Under the pieces are notes generated by a model. The model ran no database searches. It saw only the letters and a list, made by a program, of their open reading frames with translations, and had not been told where the DNA came from. Shown piece after piece: positions 15,893 to 32,037 of a stretch of DNA of 64,000 bases (the first letter of the stretch is position 1; each line of letters opens with the position of its first letter). The stretch lies in the NCBI RefSeq assembly GCF_009914755.1, contig NC_060925.1; one strand, 5' to 3'. Position numbers and translations under genes: made by a program. The stretch comes from the human T2T-CHM13v2.0 reference genome, Homo sapiens.

Positions 15893-16580
15893 TCTATACC
15901 TTCTTCGGGATGTAGTCATCTTACTAGACTCAGAAGAAGAAACAAACACCATCTCAGAGGAGCTAAGTTTGCAAGTTCTGGGATGTCAACCTATTAGCTC
16001 TCAGTTGAGAAACAGGACCTGGTTGCACAGTGCAAGGAGACTCAAACCTGAGCCTCTATTCATTGGCCTAATCTTCTTGTATAATAAAGTTTCACTCATT
16101 GCATCAATAGGACTTATTTCATGTAAAATTTGTAATTTTGACATTTGGTATCTTTCCCAGATATGATATACTCTTTAAGTCTCACAAGCTCAGAATTACC
16201 TTATTAATTGACTGTCATTGCGATCTATTGACCCACTCTGTGAGTAGTATTGAAATTTTAAGTAGACTTCATCAGACTCTCATTATAATTAGCTAGAACA
16301 GCTAGAAGAGAGATAGAATCTGTGCAATGATTTCTGCTGTTTGAAAGACTTGGTTAATTTATCATCTTAGAACTGAATTTGGTCGTACTGTAGACGACCA
16401 TTGATGCCGAATGATTGCTGACCTTTTGTTTACCTGGATAAGTTGCTTGACCCATGGCTTCAAACAGTCCTTGTTCTTGGTACCATTCTTACATTTTCCA
16501 AGATTCTTGGTCTATTCATGTATGTTTGTGTTTGTTCTTTCTTGCTTACACATATTAAAACACTAAATATATTTGCTTTA

Positions 16581-16893
<313 letters not shown>

Positions 16894-18526
16894 GCACCAA
16901 AAACTCTAAATATCAAGTCTTCTGCTTATTGAAAGTAATGAAAATTGGGCATATTCTATTATATCCATCCCTCCTTTTGTATTACAGTTACTTTTTGTAC
17001 ATTTACTTTTAACTTTTATCTTTTGGATATCGTTAGAAACTTATGGACTTCTATTAATTTATTCCAAATAATTACATTCATAATAATGATATGTATTCTT
17101 TATGTTCAATTGTTATAACTTATTGAATGGGAGTTTCCTGAAGTCCTTTCAGTTCAAACATATTTGAAATTATTCTTGCATCTGGAAAACAAAGTTTTCC
17201 AGAATTATTTTGATTTTTCCTAGTTCTTTAAATAGAGAATGATACTAAAGACCAAAATCTGTGTGCTAGATTGCTATTTCTTCATAGATAAAAGTGTTTT
17301 TATCACTGTTGGGCCACTTTTATTAACAGAGCTTAAAAAGATATTTTTTAAGGTCATAACCTCACATTGATTTTTTTCAAACGAACATTTATTTGCTGTA
17401 CTCTCCTAAAATTATGATGTTTCATTTACCACTAAGACTTACTAACATAACTGAACAAAACAGATTTAAATAGTCTTTCAGAAGGTCATCTTTCCCATAA
17501 GAGCCGTTCAGTACAATTTTCAGAAGAAAATAGAATTCTTTTGCTTCCATTATAACAGGCTAGGTTATTTGGACCTAGCAGAGCTTTCAAAGGGCTACTT
17601 CCTCAAGCTAAGAGCGAACCAAAGTAAACTATCCCTCATGTACTGGAAGCCCTAATTCACTTCACCTAAGTGGTTCAATTTTTTTAAAGCCATATATTTA
17701 ATTAAAATAATGCCCTTACACACAAGAAAGAAACAAAACATCTTTGGAGAAAGCCTAGAATGACCAGAAATAAGCAAACAATGGCCCTCAGGCCAAATCC
17801 AACCTATGGCCTGTCTTTGTAAGACCCACAACCTAAAAATAGTTTTAATATATTTAAAGTGTTGTCAGAAGAAGAAGGAGGAAAGGAGATGCAGGAAGAA
17901 AAGGAGAAGCAACTGAGACTGTATATGGCCTTCAAAGCCTAAAATGCTTATTATGTTGTCCTTACAGAAAATGTCTGCCAATCTCTGTACATGCCTTCAC
18001 CTTAGGTCACTGAGCAATACATAATCATAAATAAACAAGAGCATAAAAATCAATAAGCCATGAGTAAAATCAACAGATGGCACAGACAACAGAACAAGAT
18101 CTGCAAATATTTCTGACACTGGAATTATCTGGAAACTCTAGATAATTAAGCTTAATGTTTTTTAAAATAAAAGACAAGGTTTATAAGATGTAGGGGAGAA
18201 GAGGAAACTATAGAAACTTCTAACTATGGTATAGAAGATAGGAAAAAGAACCAAATAGAACTTTTGAAAAATAAAACATAACATCTCAACAAATGGGTGG
18301 ACTTTAGAATTTGACATGTTGCAATGGGAATTTGTGAATTAGAAAATAAGTCAGGAGAAATGCAAAATGGGAAGACAGAGGAGTGGGAGACATACAAAAT
18401 AGGCTAAGAGATACGGAATATAAAGTGAGATGGTCTAGTAAATGGCTAATGTTTCTTGTTCTAGAAAGAGATGGAAGAGAGAAAATGACTCAGAGAAATA
18501 TTTCAAGAGAAAATATTTCAAGGTAA

Positions 18527-18971
<445 letters not shown>

Positions 18972-20044
18972 TAAGAGTTGATTTCTAAACAACAATGAAA
19001 ACCAGAAGACAATAAAATCATGTCATTAATGGCCTGAAAAAAATTGCCAAACTGGAATTATATAGCCAATGAAAATGTTTTTCAAGAACTAGAACAAAAT
19101 AAAGATATTTCCAAATAAACAAAAACTGACAGAATTTGCCACCAGTGAAATCACGCTAAGAGGAATTAATACAGGTTGTGCTTCAAGCGGAAGGAAAGCG
19201 AGCCCAGATGAATAATCTGAGATTCAGGAAGGAATGATGAAACTGATAATACCAAGTGTTGGCAAAGATGTGGAGCAACTGGTACTCTTATACATTGCTA
19301 GTGAGAATGTAAAATGATACAGCTACTTTGGGAAAAAGTTTAGTACTTTACTATAAAGCTAAATATGCACTTACTATTCAACCTAGTAATTCTACTCATA
19401 GTTGTTTACCCAAGATAAATACAAATATATAACATTTGTAACCAAATGTTACAGTGGCTTTATTTGTAATAGCCAGAAACTGGAAGCAACCAGATCCAAC
19501 TCAAATGTCTATCATTTGAAGAATGAATAAAAAATGGTGGTATACCCACACAATGGAATACTACTCAGCAGTAAAAAGTAATGAATTACTGATACATGCA
19601 ACAAAAGGAGTGGATCTCAAAAACATTGTACTGAGCAAAAGAAGGCTGAAACAAGAGGGAATATACTATATTATTCCACTTATATGAAGTTCTAGAAAAG
19701 ACAAAACTAATCTATAGGAATAGAAAACAGATTAGTGGCTACTTAAGGCCAAGAGTAGAGGGCAATTGACAATAAATGGCACAAGGGATATTTAGGGGTG
19801 ATGGAAAGGTTATCTTAATTGTGGTAGTGATTACATGGGTGTAAATATTTATCAAAACCTATCAAACTCTACACTTTAAATGGATACATTTCACTGTATG
19901 TAAATTCTACTACAATAAAGTTGTTTGAAAATAAAACAAAATGATGGCGCCAACGAACATCAGATACCTAGAAATAAATGTAACAAATGTGCAAGTCCTC
20001 CACACTGAAAACTATACATGAGAAAAATTAAAGACAAAAGAATG

Positions 20045-20530
20045 AGATGGGATATTAAATATTACACAAATTCTTTAAAGCTCCTTCCATTAAGAAGCCA
20101 ATTCTATTGTCCTACCTTTTGAATCTGGGTGGCCTTGTGATTTTCTTTGACAAACAAAATGTGGTGGAAAAGATGTTGTATGAATTTCAGAGTAGAGGCC
20201 TCAAGAGACCACCTTTGACCTCTTGGAACAGTACTCTGAGACTACCATGTTTAAAAAAAACAAAAAAACTGGCCTACGCAGGATAAGAGGCCACATGAAG
20301 GACAACCAAGAGACCCCAGCTGACAGCCTGCACCAATTGCCTGATGTATGAGTGAGGCCATCCTGGACCCTCCAGTCCAGCCAAAACTCTAACTGAATAC
20401 AGCCACAAGAATGAGCCCCAGTGAAACCACCAGAGGAAGTGCCCAGCCAACCCACAGAGTCATGAGAAATAATAAATTGTTGTTTTAAGCCACTACATTG
20501 TAAGGTAGCTTCTTACACAGAAATAGATGA
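20045..20530. mobile_element. MLT1-type MaLR LTR
   Basis: gaatctggg..ggccttgtga, gtgaggccatcctggac, ttgttgttttaagccacta. Confidence 0.75.
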
Positions 20531-20856
20531 TTTTTAGAAGTGATATACTATGTGCATGGATTGAAGACTACATATTTTAAAGACATCAATTATTACCAAA
20601 CCAATTTGTAGATTTATTGCAATCCCCAAAAAATACCAATGGGTTAACTCTGTGACAATATATTTCTAAAAACTATTTGGAAATCTCAAGTGCCAAAAGT
20701 AGGTATGTTATTCTTATAGAAAGACAAAGGTTAAGAAAGTGCTTTATGAGTGATCAAGATTTCTTATAACAATACAGTAATTATGAGAGTGTGGTAATAG
20801 TGCAAAATTTTAAAAATAAAACAATGGAATAGAATAGAGAGTCCAGAAATGTGTGT

Positions 20857-20897
<41 letters not shown>

Positions 20898-21252
20898 TGT
20901 ATGTCTGTGTAGACAACTGGTTAATGATAAAGGTGACATTGCAGAGAATTGGAGAAAGAAAAACTTTTAAAATAAACAATATGGAGTTAATTGAATACTC
21001 ATATAGAAAAATAACCAAACTCAATCCCTACCTCATAACCATATACAAATATGAGTTTCAGATGGACTGTATATATAGATGTGAATGGCAACAATAAAGC
21101 TTTTAAAAGTGAATATGGGGGATAGCTTTACAATATTGGGGTAAAGAAAAATCTTCATAAACTGGATATAAAAAGATTAACCGCAAAGAAAAAACTACAA
21201 TTCAATGACATAAATATTAGGAATATCTCCTCATCCTCAAAATATACCATTA

Positions 21253-21668
<416 letters not shown>

Positions 21669-21899
21669 TCAATAATAAAAATAGAAAAGTGAAATAGAAA
21701 CAGTAAAATAGAAATACAGACAAAAGAATTAAATAGGCACACCACAAAAGAAGAAAAAGAAATGGGCAACAGCATACAAAAAGATACTCAACATCATTCG
21801 TGATCAGGAAAATACAAATCAAAACTACAATGATATGCTCCTACATGACCTACAACCCCACAATACTACTCCACCTAGATATATACCCAACAGAAAGTA

Positions 21900-21946
21900 C
21901 TAGGTTGGGGCAAAAGTGATTGCAGTTTTTGCCATTACTTTTAATA
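21900..21946 (+). mobile_element. MADE1 (mariner-derived) partial
   Basis: taggttggggcaaaagtgattgcagtttttgccattactttta matches the Hsmar1-type TIR. Confidence 0.75.
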
Positions 21947-23644
21947 TATATGGCTGCACCAAGAAACATGTATAAAATGTTCCTGACAGCTTTGCCTGAA
22001 ATGACCAAAAACTGGATACAACCTAAATATCCATCAACAATAGAGGAAATAAATACATTAGGGTAGATCCAAACAAAGGAATATTAAGCAGTAATGAAAA
22101 ATGAATCCACTATGGTTACATAGAACAAGATGGAAAATTTCACAAACATAATGTTGAATTTTAAAAAGCTATGCCCAAAAGAATAAATTATTTTCTTCTA
22201 TATACATATTAAAGTTTTTTTAATAGGCAAAATGAAACTTTAGAATTTAGGAATATGAAGTTGGGTAGTAAAGTTTTAAATAAAAGCAAACGCAAGATTA
22301 CCATAAAAGTCAGGATAATAGTTACCTTTGGGTGAAGGGAAGGAGCAGTAATTAAGAGGAGATAAAGTGGGGTTTTGGAGAGGGGAAGAGACTAGCAATT
22401 GTTTAGTTTTTGACCAGGCTAGTCATTACACAAATATTTGCTTTGTGATAAATAACTAAGTTTTATACTTTTATGCACTTTTCTGCAAGTGTGTTATATT
22501 TCACAATAAAATTATGTTAAGGAAAATAAAATGAAGGGCATCAGACTTTACACCAGCAAGTCTGGATGATAGAAGATAATAAAGCAATGCCTTCAAAATT
22601 CTAAGGAATTATTTTCAGAGTCAATTGTTACAAATAAACAAGATATTTATCAAATGTACGGGTAGTATAAAAATATTCTCAGACATACATGGACCAAAAA
22701 AATTACCTTCCACATGCCCTTTCTAAGAAAGCTTTTTGAAGATGTGGTTTAGTAAGACAAGAGGTAAACCAAGAAAGAAGCATCCATTTCTGGAAATAGG
22801 GATGTAATCCCTGAATGCAGTGAAAAGTTCCAGGGTAACATCAGTACAGCTAGTCTAGACTGAAGCAGGAGAACGAGGTTCTAAAACCCTAGAAGGGAAT
22901 TCTCTTGGGAAACATTTTTTCTCCAATAGAATATCTGATATTAGTAATAGTTTAGAAAGATAGAGTGAAAGAAAAAGAAAGGCCACTTAAAAATTTAAAT
23001 TCAGTTGGGAAAATGAAAACCATAGCGCACCATTTGGCTATAATGGAACAAGGTCTTTGTTATAATAATGTAAACAGTCTTAATAATGTAAATAATTTTG
23101 TTGATCTTCAATTCTAAAATTCATCTAGAGTTAAAACATGGATATTATAGTTATAGAATAAACATCACTGACCTTGACAATATGCAAGTTAAAGTATATA
23201 CAGAACTTGGGGTATGAGAGAAGGAAGAAGAGAGAAGGAAAGAGTACAGACACTAATACCCTCATCTTACAAAGAGGAGAATCAAAAGGTTCTAGCTACG
23301 TTTGATAAAACAAGAACTAAAGGCATAGCCTCCCTGGTCTATTCCCTGTTTCCTCCCTTCACCCTGTCTTTCGCCCTCCTCGCATTACCTCCTCCCTTCA
23401 GTGCCTCAAAATGTCCCACTGCCTCTCTGCTCAAGGTCTTTGTGCACGCTGTTCTCTCTGCCTGGGATGTTCGGTCCTCTTTTTTGCTCGTTTAACGATC
23501 TTTATCCTCAGTCTCACTTTGAACATCAGCTCCTCAGAGAAGCCTTCCTTTAATGCCCAGGCTTAATCAGTTTCTCCTAAACCCTCAGAGTCTACCACAC
23601 CTTCTTTGTCATTGATCAGGTCAGAATTATTCATCTATGTGCGC

Positions 23645-24150
23645 GTCAGTCATCTTTGCCACAATAATGCTGCATAACAACTACAACCAAACCTAAGTGG
23701 CATACAACAATAAAAATTTGTTCTAAGAAGCCTGTGGGTCCATTTGGATAGTCCTGATCTGAGCAGGGCTTGGTGGGACTCACCTGAGCATATGCAGTCA
23801 GCTGCTGATCTTGGCTGAACCCTTTCATGGGTCTGAGCCTTGGCTGGGACAATCTCTCTTTCTCCAACAGGATCCCAGAATTGTTCTCAGTGCCAGCTTT
23901 CCAGGAGAACCAACAGATGGACACAAGGCCTCTTGAGATCCAGGCTCAAAACTGGCACACCATCACTTTTGCCACATTGTGTTAGCCAAAGCAAGCGCAA
24001 GGCTAGCCCAGATTCAGGGAATGGGAAATAGACTTCACCTGCTTGCTGCTGGGAGCACTGCAAAGTCACACTACCAAGGGTACAGATACCGGGAAGGGGG
24101 AGAGGAACGTGGAGGACTGGGTCCATTTTGGCAATCAACCTACCATAGCA
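23645..24150. mobile_element. MLT1-type LTR
   Basis: aatgctgcataacaac, cactttt gccacatt, gcaaagtcaca, caatcaacctacca end. Confidence 0.6.
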
Positions 24151-26047
24151 GGATTTATTTGATTAATGCCTGTCTCCCCAAGAAGACTATAAAAGCATGA
24201 TAAGGTCAGGAAGCATGCTTTGTTTGTGCACTGTTTTATCCTTGATGCCAGCACAAGTGTCTGACCTATAATAGTTACCCAATGACGATCTTAAATCTGT
24301 GTCTGATAATTCTAATATCTGAGCTTCCATGTTTCCATTATCTGTTTTATTCTGATGGATGTCAGTTATATTATCAGGTTTACTCACATGCCTGATTTAC
24401 TTTGATTTGATATCCAATTTTGTAGTAGAAGAATTGTTTATACGCATAACTTGAGGTCTCAGATGATCGTATCTTCCACTAGAGAAGATTTATATTTGCT
24501 TTTGCCAGTTGCCTGAGGGGCACTAGCAATACAGGACTATCATCATCCAGTGGCAGGAACTGAGATTTTTCCGGGCCACCGAGATGACTGGAAGCTGAGC
24601 CGCAGTCTGGGTAAGGCCTGATTTAGCTCTCGGATACAACAGACCATTTTTTTTAACATGTCCAACCTTTCTTGTTGTCCTTAGCCAGACAGTTGACCCT
24701 TCTATTCCTAGAGGTGGAAATTCTCCCTCAATAAATATTCATTCAGTAAGATGCTAGATAAATCTAATGGCCTCCATTCTTGGCCTTTTTGCAATATTTA
24801 ATATTATAGGAGGAATGAAAACGTTGCAGTTTTCAAAGATGCCTGCAGCTGTTTCTGCATTCTAGGGGTGGCAGCAAAATTCATCTTTGGGAGAAGACTG
24901 CTCTTTTGTTTGGGAAAATGTTTTAATGAGTCTCTTGAGTGTGCAAAGGTGAGCTGAGAAATTAGTCTGGAGGGAGAGGTTGAAACAATGAAGAGATACT
25001 GTGCAGCTAGAAAATGCCAAAAGGTTGTCTTCCTAGCACAGAGGTTGTAACAATGCAAACTAGATTTTTGCCTTCTTGAGTGGGGGCAATTGGGGATTTG
25101 GGACCCCAGGATTGGAGAAAAGACATTCTGGGTTTAGCATGCTCTGCAGTAGGAAGGAGCCGTAGAGCTCCTGTGAGAGGGAGTGGCTGGTCCTGCCCTA
25201 TGATCTCTCTGTGTTAAGGACACTCAGATCTCTGCTCCTTTGTTATCCTACAGCTGGTGTCTGCGGTACTGAAGGGAACTAAGAGATGAGCCTGTGTCCA
25301 CACTGGGACAGACTCATCAGGGGAATGTGACCTTTCTCATGCCATGCCTTCCTCTGGAGCCAGCATGAGGGTGTAGCAGCATCTTAATGGAGGAAGGTGG
25401 TCCCCACATGCCAGCAGCCCAGAGCAGTGGATCAGAGCTGGCAGCTGCAAATGGCACCCAATCTATAAGCATCAGCCATTAACAACTCCTGTCATCCTCC
25501 CAGTTACTCCCCTAATCCTGCCCATTTTACTCCTTATGTAATTCTTGAATTTTTCCCCTCTTCTCCAGCCCTTCAGGTCTCCTCAGGTCTTGCCTAGACA
25601 ACTGCAATAGCCTTAAACCAGCCTTCAGTTTCTTCTGCTTCTAGTTCATTATTATAGCTGCTAAGATGATTTTTTTTTTTCAAAACATAGATCTGGTTGC
25701 AAGCTCTCCTACGCAGAATCCTTCTGTGCCTACGGGGTAAAGTCTCAAATCTGACAGATGGCAGACAAAGCTATCACCATCTAGCTCTAACTTACATGTC
25801 AGATCTTTCCTAGCTTAGCTTCCTCCACTCCCACATCATGCTCTCATGGTACATGGTGACAGAGTGTAGTGGTGAAGCCCAGGCTCCAGAGAGCCGGGCT
25901 GCCAGGGTTCAAATCCCACCTCTGTTCCTAACAAGCACTGTGATCATAGGCAAGTGAGCCAATCTCATCTGTACATAAGATTGTGTGAGGATCAAGTGAC
26001 CCAATATATCTAAAATCTAAGAACAGTGCCTCGTGGTGCCTCATTAG

Positions 26048-26416
<369 letters not shown>

Positions 26417-27557
26417 TGAAGCTACTTCTAATATTCCATGCCCACCTCCTTCCTCTCAAGAATGCTTGGCATCCACTTATCATTTGGGATCACAGTTCTC
26501 TTCTCACATGTCTGTCTCCCGTCAAGTTATGCATTACAAGCAAGCAGTGCCCCCATCTTACTATCTCTGTTTCCCCAGTGCCTGGCACATGGTAGATGTG
26601 CTTTACATATCTGTAGAACAAACGTTCCTCTCCCATCCTGGATGGTAGAATCCCCAAAATGGGATCACATCTCAGTCATCTTTGTGTTCCTCAGTTCTTA
26701 ATCCAGCACGTTGAATTTCATCCTCCGCCTGCTGCCAACACTCTCCAGTGATCCCTGTGAGAGCCACAGGTCTCCAACCAGTCTCTGAACAATTCATTTC
26801 TGATCTTAGACACTGGGTCATGCCTGGTGAACACCAGAACAGTTAGTGTGTGACCTATCACCCGCTCTTGCTGTGTGCAAACCCTCATACTGCTATGTCA
26901 ATGTCTTATAGCCCTAGGCAGGGAATTCGGAGAGTGTTTGCAGGATTGACACAAGGAGAAAATGGGCAACTTTTGTTCTGACCCCAGTTCCCACAGAATT
27001 CCAATATGCATATGATTTACTCAAATAGGGCTTGGGTTAGCAAAAGTCTAGAGAATTTGATGGGTGCATGGAAGCAGAACCAAATGGTCTTTGGCAACAG
27101 AACACTTCATTGCAAAGGAAAACATCCACTTAAATAAAAGATAAAACAAAACAGCCTGCCAATTTTATGACCTTGAATACTGCGTATGATCATCTCAAAA
27201 GAATGGTCAAGAATATCCATTTCTAACACATTTTTGGGTCTACTGAAACTGAGGAACAAGACAAGTTCAGCAAACACTGAAAATATTAATTGCTTGGTTC
27301 TGCCAGATGGCCTGACTCTAATGTTAAATCATCTCCCATCAGTGAGCTGGTGGAGTACACACTAGCCCACCGGCTCCCCTGAAGATGGTTTATTATGGAT
27401 GGTGACCAGTGTCAATCTGTGTTTTCTATCACCTAAGAGTCAGAAGACTGATGACCCTGGCTTTTTTTAAAACCAATTACCCAACATTTCAAATGTCTTT
27501 TACCTGCCTAGGAACTGGATAGGAGAGACCCAGGGTGTTTTGAAAATCATTTCTTAG

Positions 27558-27881
<324 letters not shown>

Positions 27882-28897
27882 TCATTTCTTAAAGAGAAAT
27901 ACCAAGAGAGGCCACAGAGACAGGAGGACTAGCTGCTCACGGGCACTGGGAGGAGACAGTGCTTTAGAGCAACCACCCCATTCCTGGGTCTTGTGCCAGC
28001 TGGGAACAATGTTGTCTGAGCACCGATGCTAAGATGGGATTTTAGTAAACCAAATCACAAGATCCCAGAGCACATCCCAGAGCACCAGTGTGCTCATTTC
28101 CTGTGGAGATTACTCTTCCCAGTCCCTGGCCTGGCTTCCCAAAGGCTCTGAAATGCAGGCTTCATGGAACAGAAGGTGGTCACAGAAAGGTGTCTTCAGC
28201 CTGTATTGGGGGGTATCTTAGGATCCCCTCAGACTTGAGCAGCTCAGGTCTCAAGTCTTAGGAGGCTCAGGGGTAAACCCCTCCATCTCTGTCTATTAAT
28301 CAGGGCCACCAGCGATTGTCTCCACTCCCTTTATCTTAGTATGTTGTTCACCTGCCTACACAAAGAGCTTCAGGCAGGGAAACAGGATGGCCGGAGGACA
28401 GGGTGAGGGGGCACCTGTTTCTTGTAACTTCTTTTTAACTTCTCAAATTTTATGCCATATATAACATATTCAGAAAATAAATATAATTAGAAAAAGAATA
28501 CTCATACCCTTGGCCTTGTGAGCAAGTGGGGAAAAGCATATGCCCTAAGGAAGGGCATAGTCCCAGTGTTTGCCAGAGCCCAGGAAAAAGGCATGTGGAC
28601 CCTCTTGGGATGTCCAATTGCCAGGGCCTTGTAACCCTGAGGCTGCTGTGGACAGCTCCTGCCTGAGAAGGAAGCTGACACCCAGGAAAGCAGGATGCAG
28701 AGAGGGAGTCCTCATGACAGCATTGGAGCACCTCCATCTACCCTCCCTCCCACTTTCCAAGCACAGAAACCTTTTCTGCTCTAAAAATAAATAAATAGAA
28801 TTTGTCGTATAACAATGCAGCAGAGAACTCCTGAGCCCATATAGAGGGTCATCTGCACAACCTCTAGGGGATTCGGCACCAAAAAAAGCAGCAGGAG

Positions 28898-29208
<311 letters not shown>

Positions 29209-30819
29209 TACAGCAGGAGAAGTGCTCAGGCCTTTTGGGGTCAGAGACATCTAGAACTGAATCCTGGCCTGATCAAATTGTTTATTAAACATAGAATCGG
29301 GGCAAATGACTGGGCTTTTCAGAGCTTTGTTTTTTTTTTAGATTATAGGCTGGGACTAATAATGGTGTGTGTCCGCTAGAATGTAAGTTCCAGGAGGGCA
29401 GGGGCCTGCCCTGTCTGTCTTCTTTACTGTCTACATCTCAGGGCCTGTACAAGGCCTGGTACAGGTGCTCGTTAAACAGCTTTTCAATGAATGAATGATG
29501 AGTGTCTCATAGGGTTGTTGTCAGGATTAAACAAGAAAATGCATGTCAGGTACTTAGAAGAGCAAGTAGCCCTTGTTGAACATGAAACAAAGATTGCCTT
29601 TTATTGTTATTACTGATTTGGGTAGAAATTTGTGGAGATTGGGTTTTTTTTTTTTCATTTTGTAACTTGTTACTGAAGTATAACACTCATGCATAAAATT
29701 ACAAAATTATTTATATTATTTGGCCCAACCCCCACCAATTTCTCTTTGTCCCAGGGCACTTCAGCCAGGTCATCCCTCCTGCGACATCTTGTTCTGTCCA
29801 TCTACACACTTGCCATACCTCAGGCTGATTGGTTCAGTTAGATGGTGGCCAGTTGGCTTCACTTCCCCAAAGGAGAAATCGATGTGGGAAAGTCTTTGTT
29901 CCCTGCAGATACCAGTTATTGGAGAGCTGATAGTAGTGCATGTCAGTGTAGCAACGTCAAGAACACGTCTTAGCTCCAGGGCCTTCGTGATTCCCAAGTG
30001 CTGCCTGCAAAGGCAGCCACCAAGCCTGATGGTTTTCTCATCTCCTCTTCTAAATGGGGATCCTGCCTTTCATCATGATGATGCCAACAGCTATTAGAAA
30101 TAAAACACCAAACAGATAGGGATAAACTAGGGAGTGGTCTTTTGAGTTACTCATTCATTCATTGCACATCCGCTTAGTGTTATCACTGAGTTACATGCTT
30201 AGCATAAAGCCATAAACAAATTATAGTCTCCGCCTTGGAGGATTAATTGTCTTATAGGCTAAATAGATACTGAATGAATCATTACAGATCAAACGAGTGT
30301 TGTGAGAAGGGAGGTCTGGAGTTCTTTGTGCATATGGAGAGGAAAGGGCTAACTTAGCGGAGTGAGAGTGAGGGATGAGGGAAGGCCTTCTCGACTGTCC
30401 AAGCTGTCCAGAGACAAGAATGGTGGGATCAGGTGAGGCTGCTTTGGGGACCACCTTTCTGAGGAGTCTTCCTGGGCCACTGCTAGCCTGCATCGCTGAG
30501 CCACATTTGAGCAGTACCAGGCCACACACAAGACATTCTGGGTGTCTTGAATGTCCCTGAGCTATGCCTGGCAGGCAGTTGGGAGTTCTGACTCTGAAGG
30601 AGAAGCCAGGATGCCACTCACACCCAAAGTTCACTGGGCCTGCCCGCCTCTCACTCGAGGGACTTTCCCTAGTACCGGGTGGCAAAACCGTCCCTGTGAC
30701 ATGTCCCCATCCTTCCTCCTCTATGCAGAGTCCTCCAAGCTTTGGATTCTGGCACGTAAAAATGCAGCTCCAGATATTCCAGGAAAATGCCTGCTCTCTC
30801 CAAAGTCTGCCTTTCTCCA

Positions 30820-31040
30820 CTAGAGTCAACAAACTTTTTTTCTGTAAAGGACCAGATGGTAAATATTTTAAGCTTTGTGGGCCACACAGTCCCTGTCACA
30901 GCTGCCCAGCTCTGTTGTGGTAGCATCAAAGCAGCACAGACTCTATCTGAGCACACAAGCGTGGCTGTTTCCAATAAAACTTTATTGACTAAAACGCCAC
31001 AGGATCTGACCCACACGCCACAGTCTGCCAACCCTGTTCT
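30820..31040. mobile_element. MER58A-like hAT fossil
   Basis: caaacttttttctgtaaagg.ccaga.gtaaatattttaagctttgtgggcca...ccaataaaactttatt. Confidence 0.8.
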
Positions 31041-32037
31041 AGACTATTGTCTTCTGCAGAGTTTTAAAGTCTAATTCCATGCTCAGCAATGTGTTCTTTG
31101 TTTTAGGAGGTATTCCCCCTCCTTTCCCTGGAGCAGCTCGGCCTCCCAGCCCAGCTTTAAGGGCTGCAAGAGGGGCAAAAAGCAAATTACTAAGAAGGGA
31201 AAAGATATCAGGATGTTTTTCAAAGCATTATTCTGCAACGTATTACAGCCTGAAAAAAGTATTAATACTTATGGCACATAAAGTGCAATCCTGTCTGAGT
31301 CTACCTATTGGGATAAAAGCCTGGACAGCCAGGAACTAGTCTTCCCACTTCCGTTCATGCTTCCATTCAACCTCACTCTCTTGCCAAGATGACTTCTGAC
31401 AACACATTTTTGATCACGTCACTCTTCTGCTTAAAGCCCTACAATGGCTCCTCATTGCTCTTATGATAAAGGATCTATAGGACAATAGAGTTCCTATCCC
31501 ACTTCTTTTTTGCCACCAAAGCCCAGTGTGCCTGGGCCCAAGAGATGGATCATGGTGGTCTATGCCAATCATGGCAATCCTATGCCAGTGATTGGCCTGG
31601 GGGAGGACCAGTGTCACAGTTCTGGTCAATAATACACAAGCAGAGGTCTGCTGGGGACATTTGGGAAAGTTCTTCTCTGATAAGACAGCCGGCAAGGAGA
31701 AGGTTTGTTCATGGCCCCTTCTTTTCTATTTGGGAAACAGGAATATAGGGATGGGATGCCTGGAGCTGCAGTGGCATGCTGGATCATACTGCTCCTACAC
31801 TGTGCCTTAGAGAGAATGAAATTCACCAAGAGTCCCTTGGGACCCCTGATGTCTCAAGTGCTCAACGTATATCCCAGACTGAGCAAAGTTTCTAAGACAG
31901 CCCAGACCAAATTCAGTTCTTAATGGTGCGGGAAGCAGGAAGAGGAATGGGTAAGAGCAGGTCTCCCCACCTCATGGCCGACAGGAGCCTTTCTTCCTCT
32001 GCTGCTGGTGCACAAAGGATCAATGTTATCCTCCCAG

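Noticed and set aside
24820-25400. Further Cys-containing TRIM-like words (LLFCLGKC, LRDEPVST); similar words near 7230-7480
   Set aside because: Too fragmentary and inconsistently ordered to distinguish from chance.
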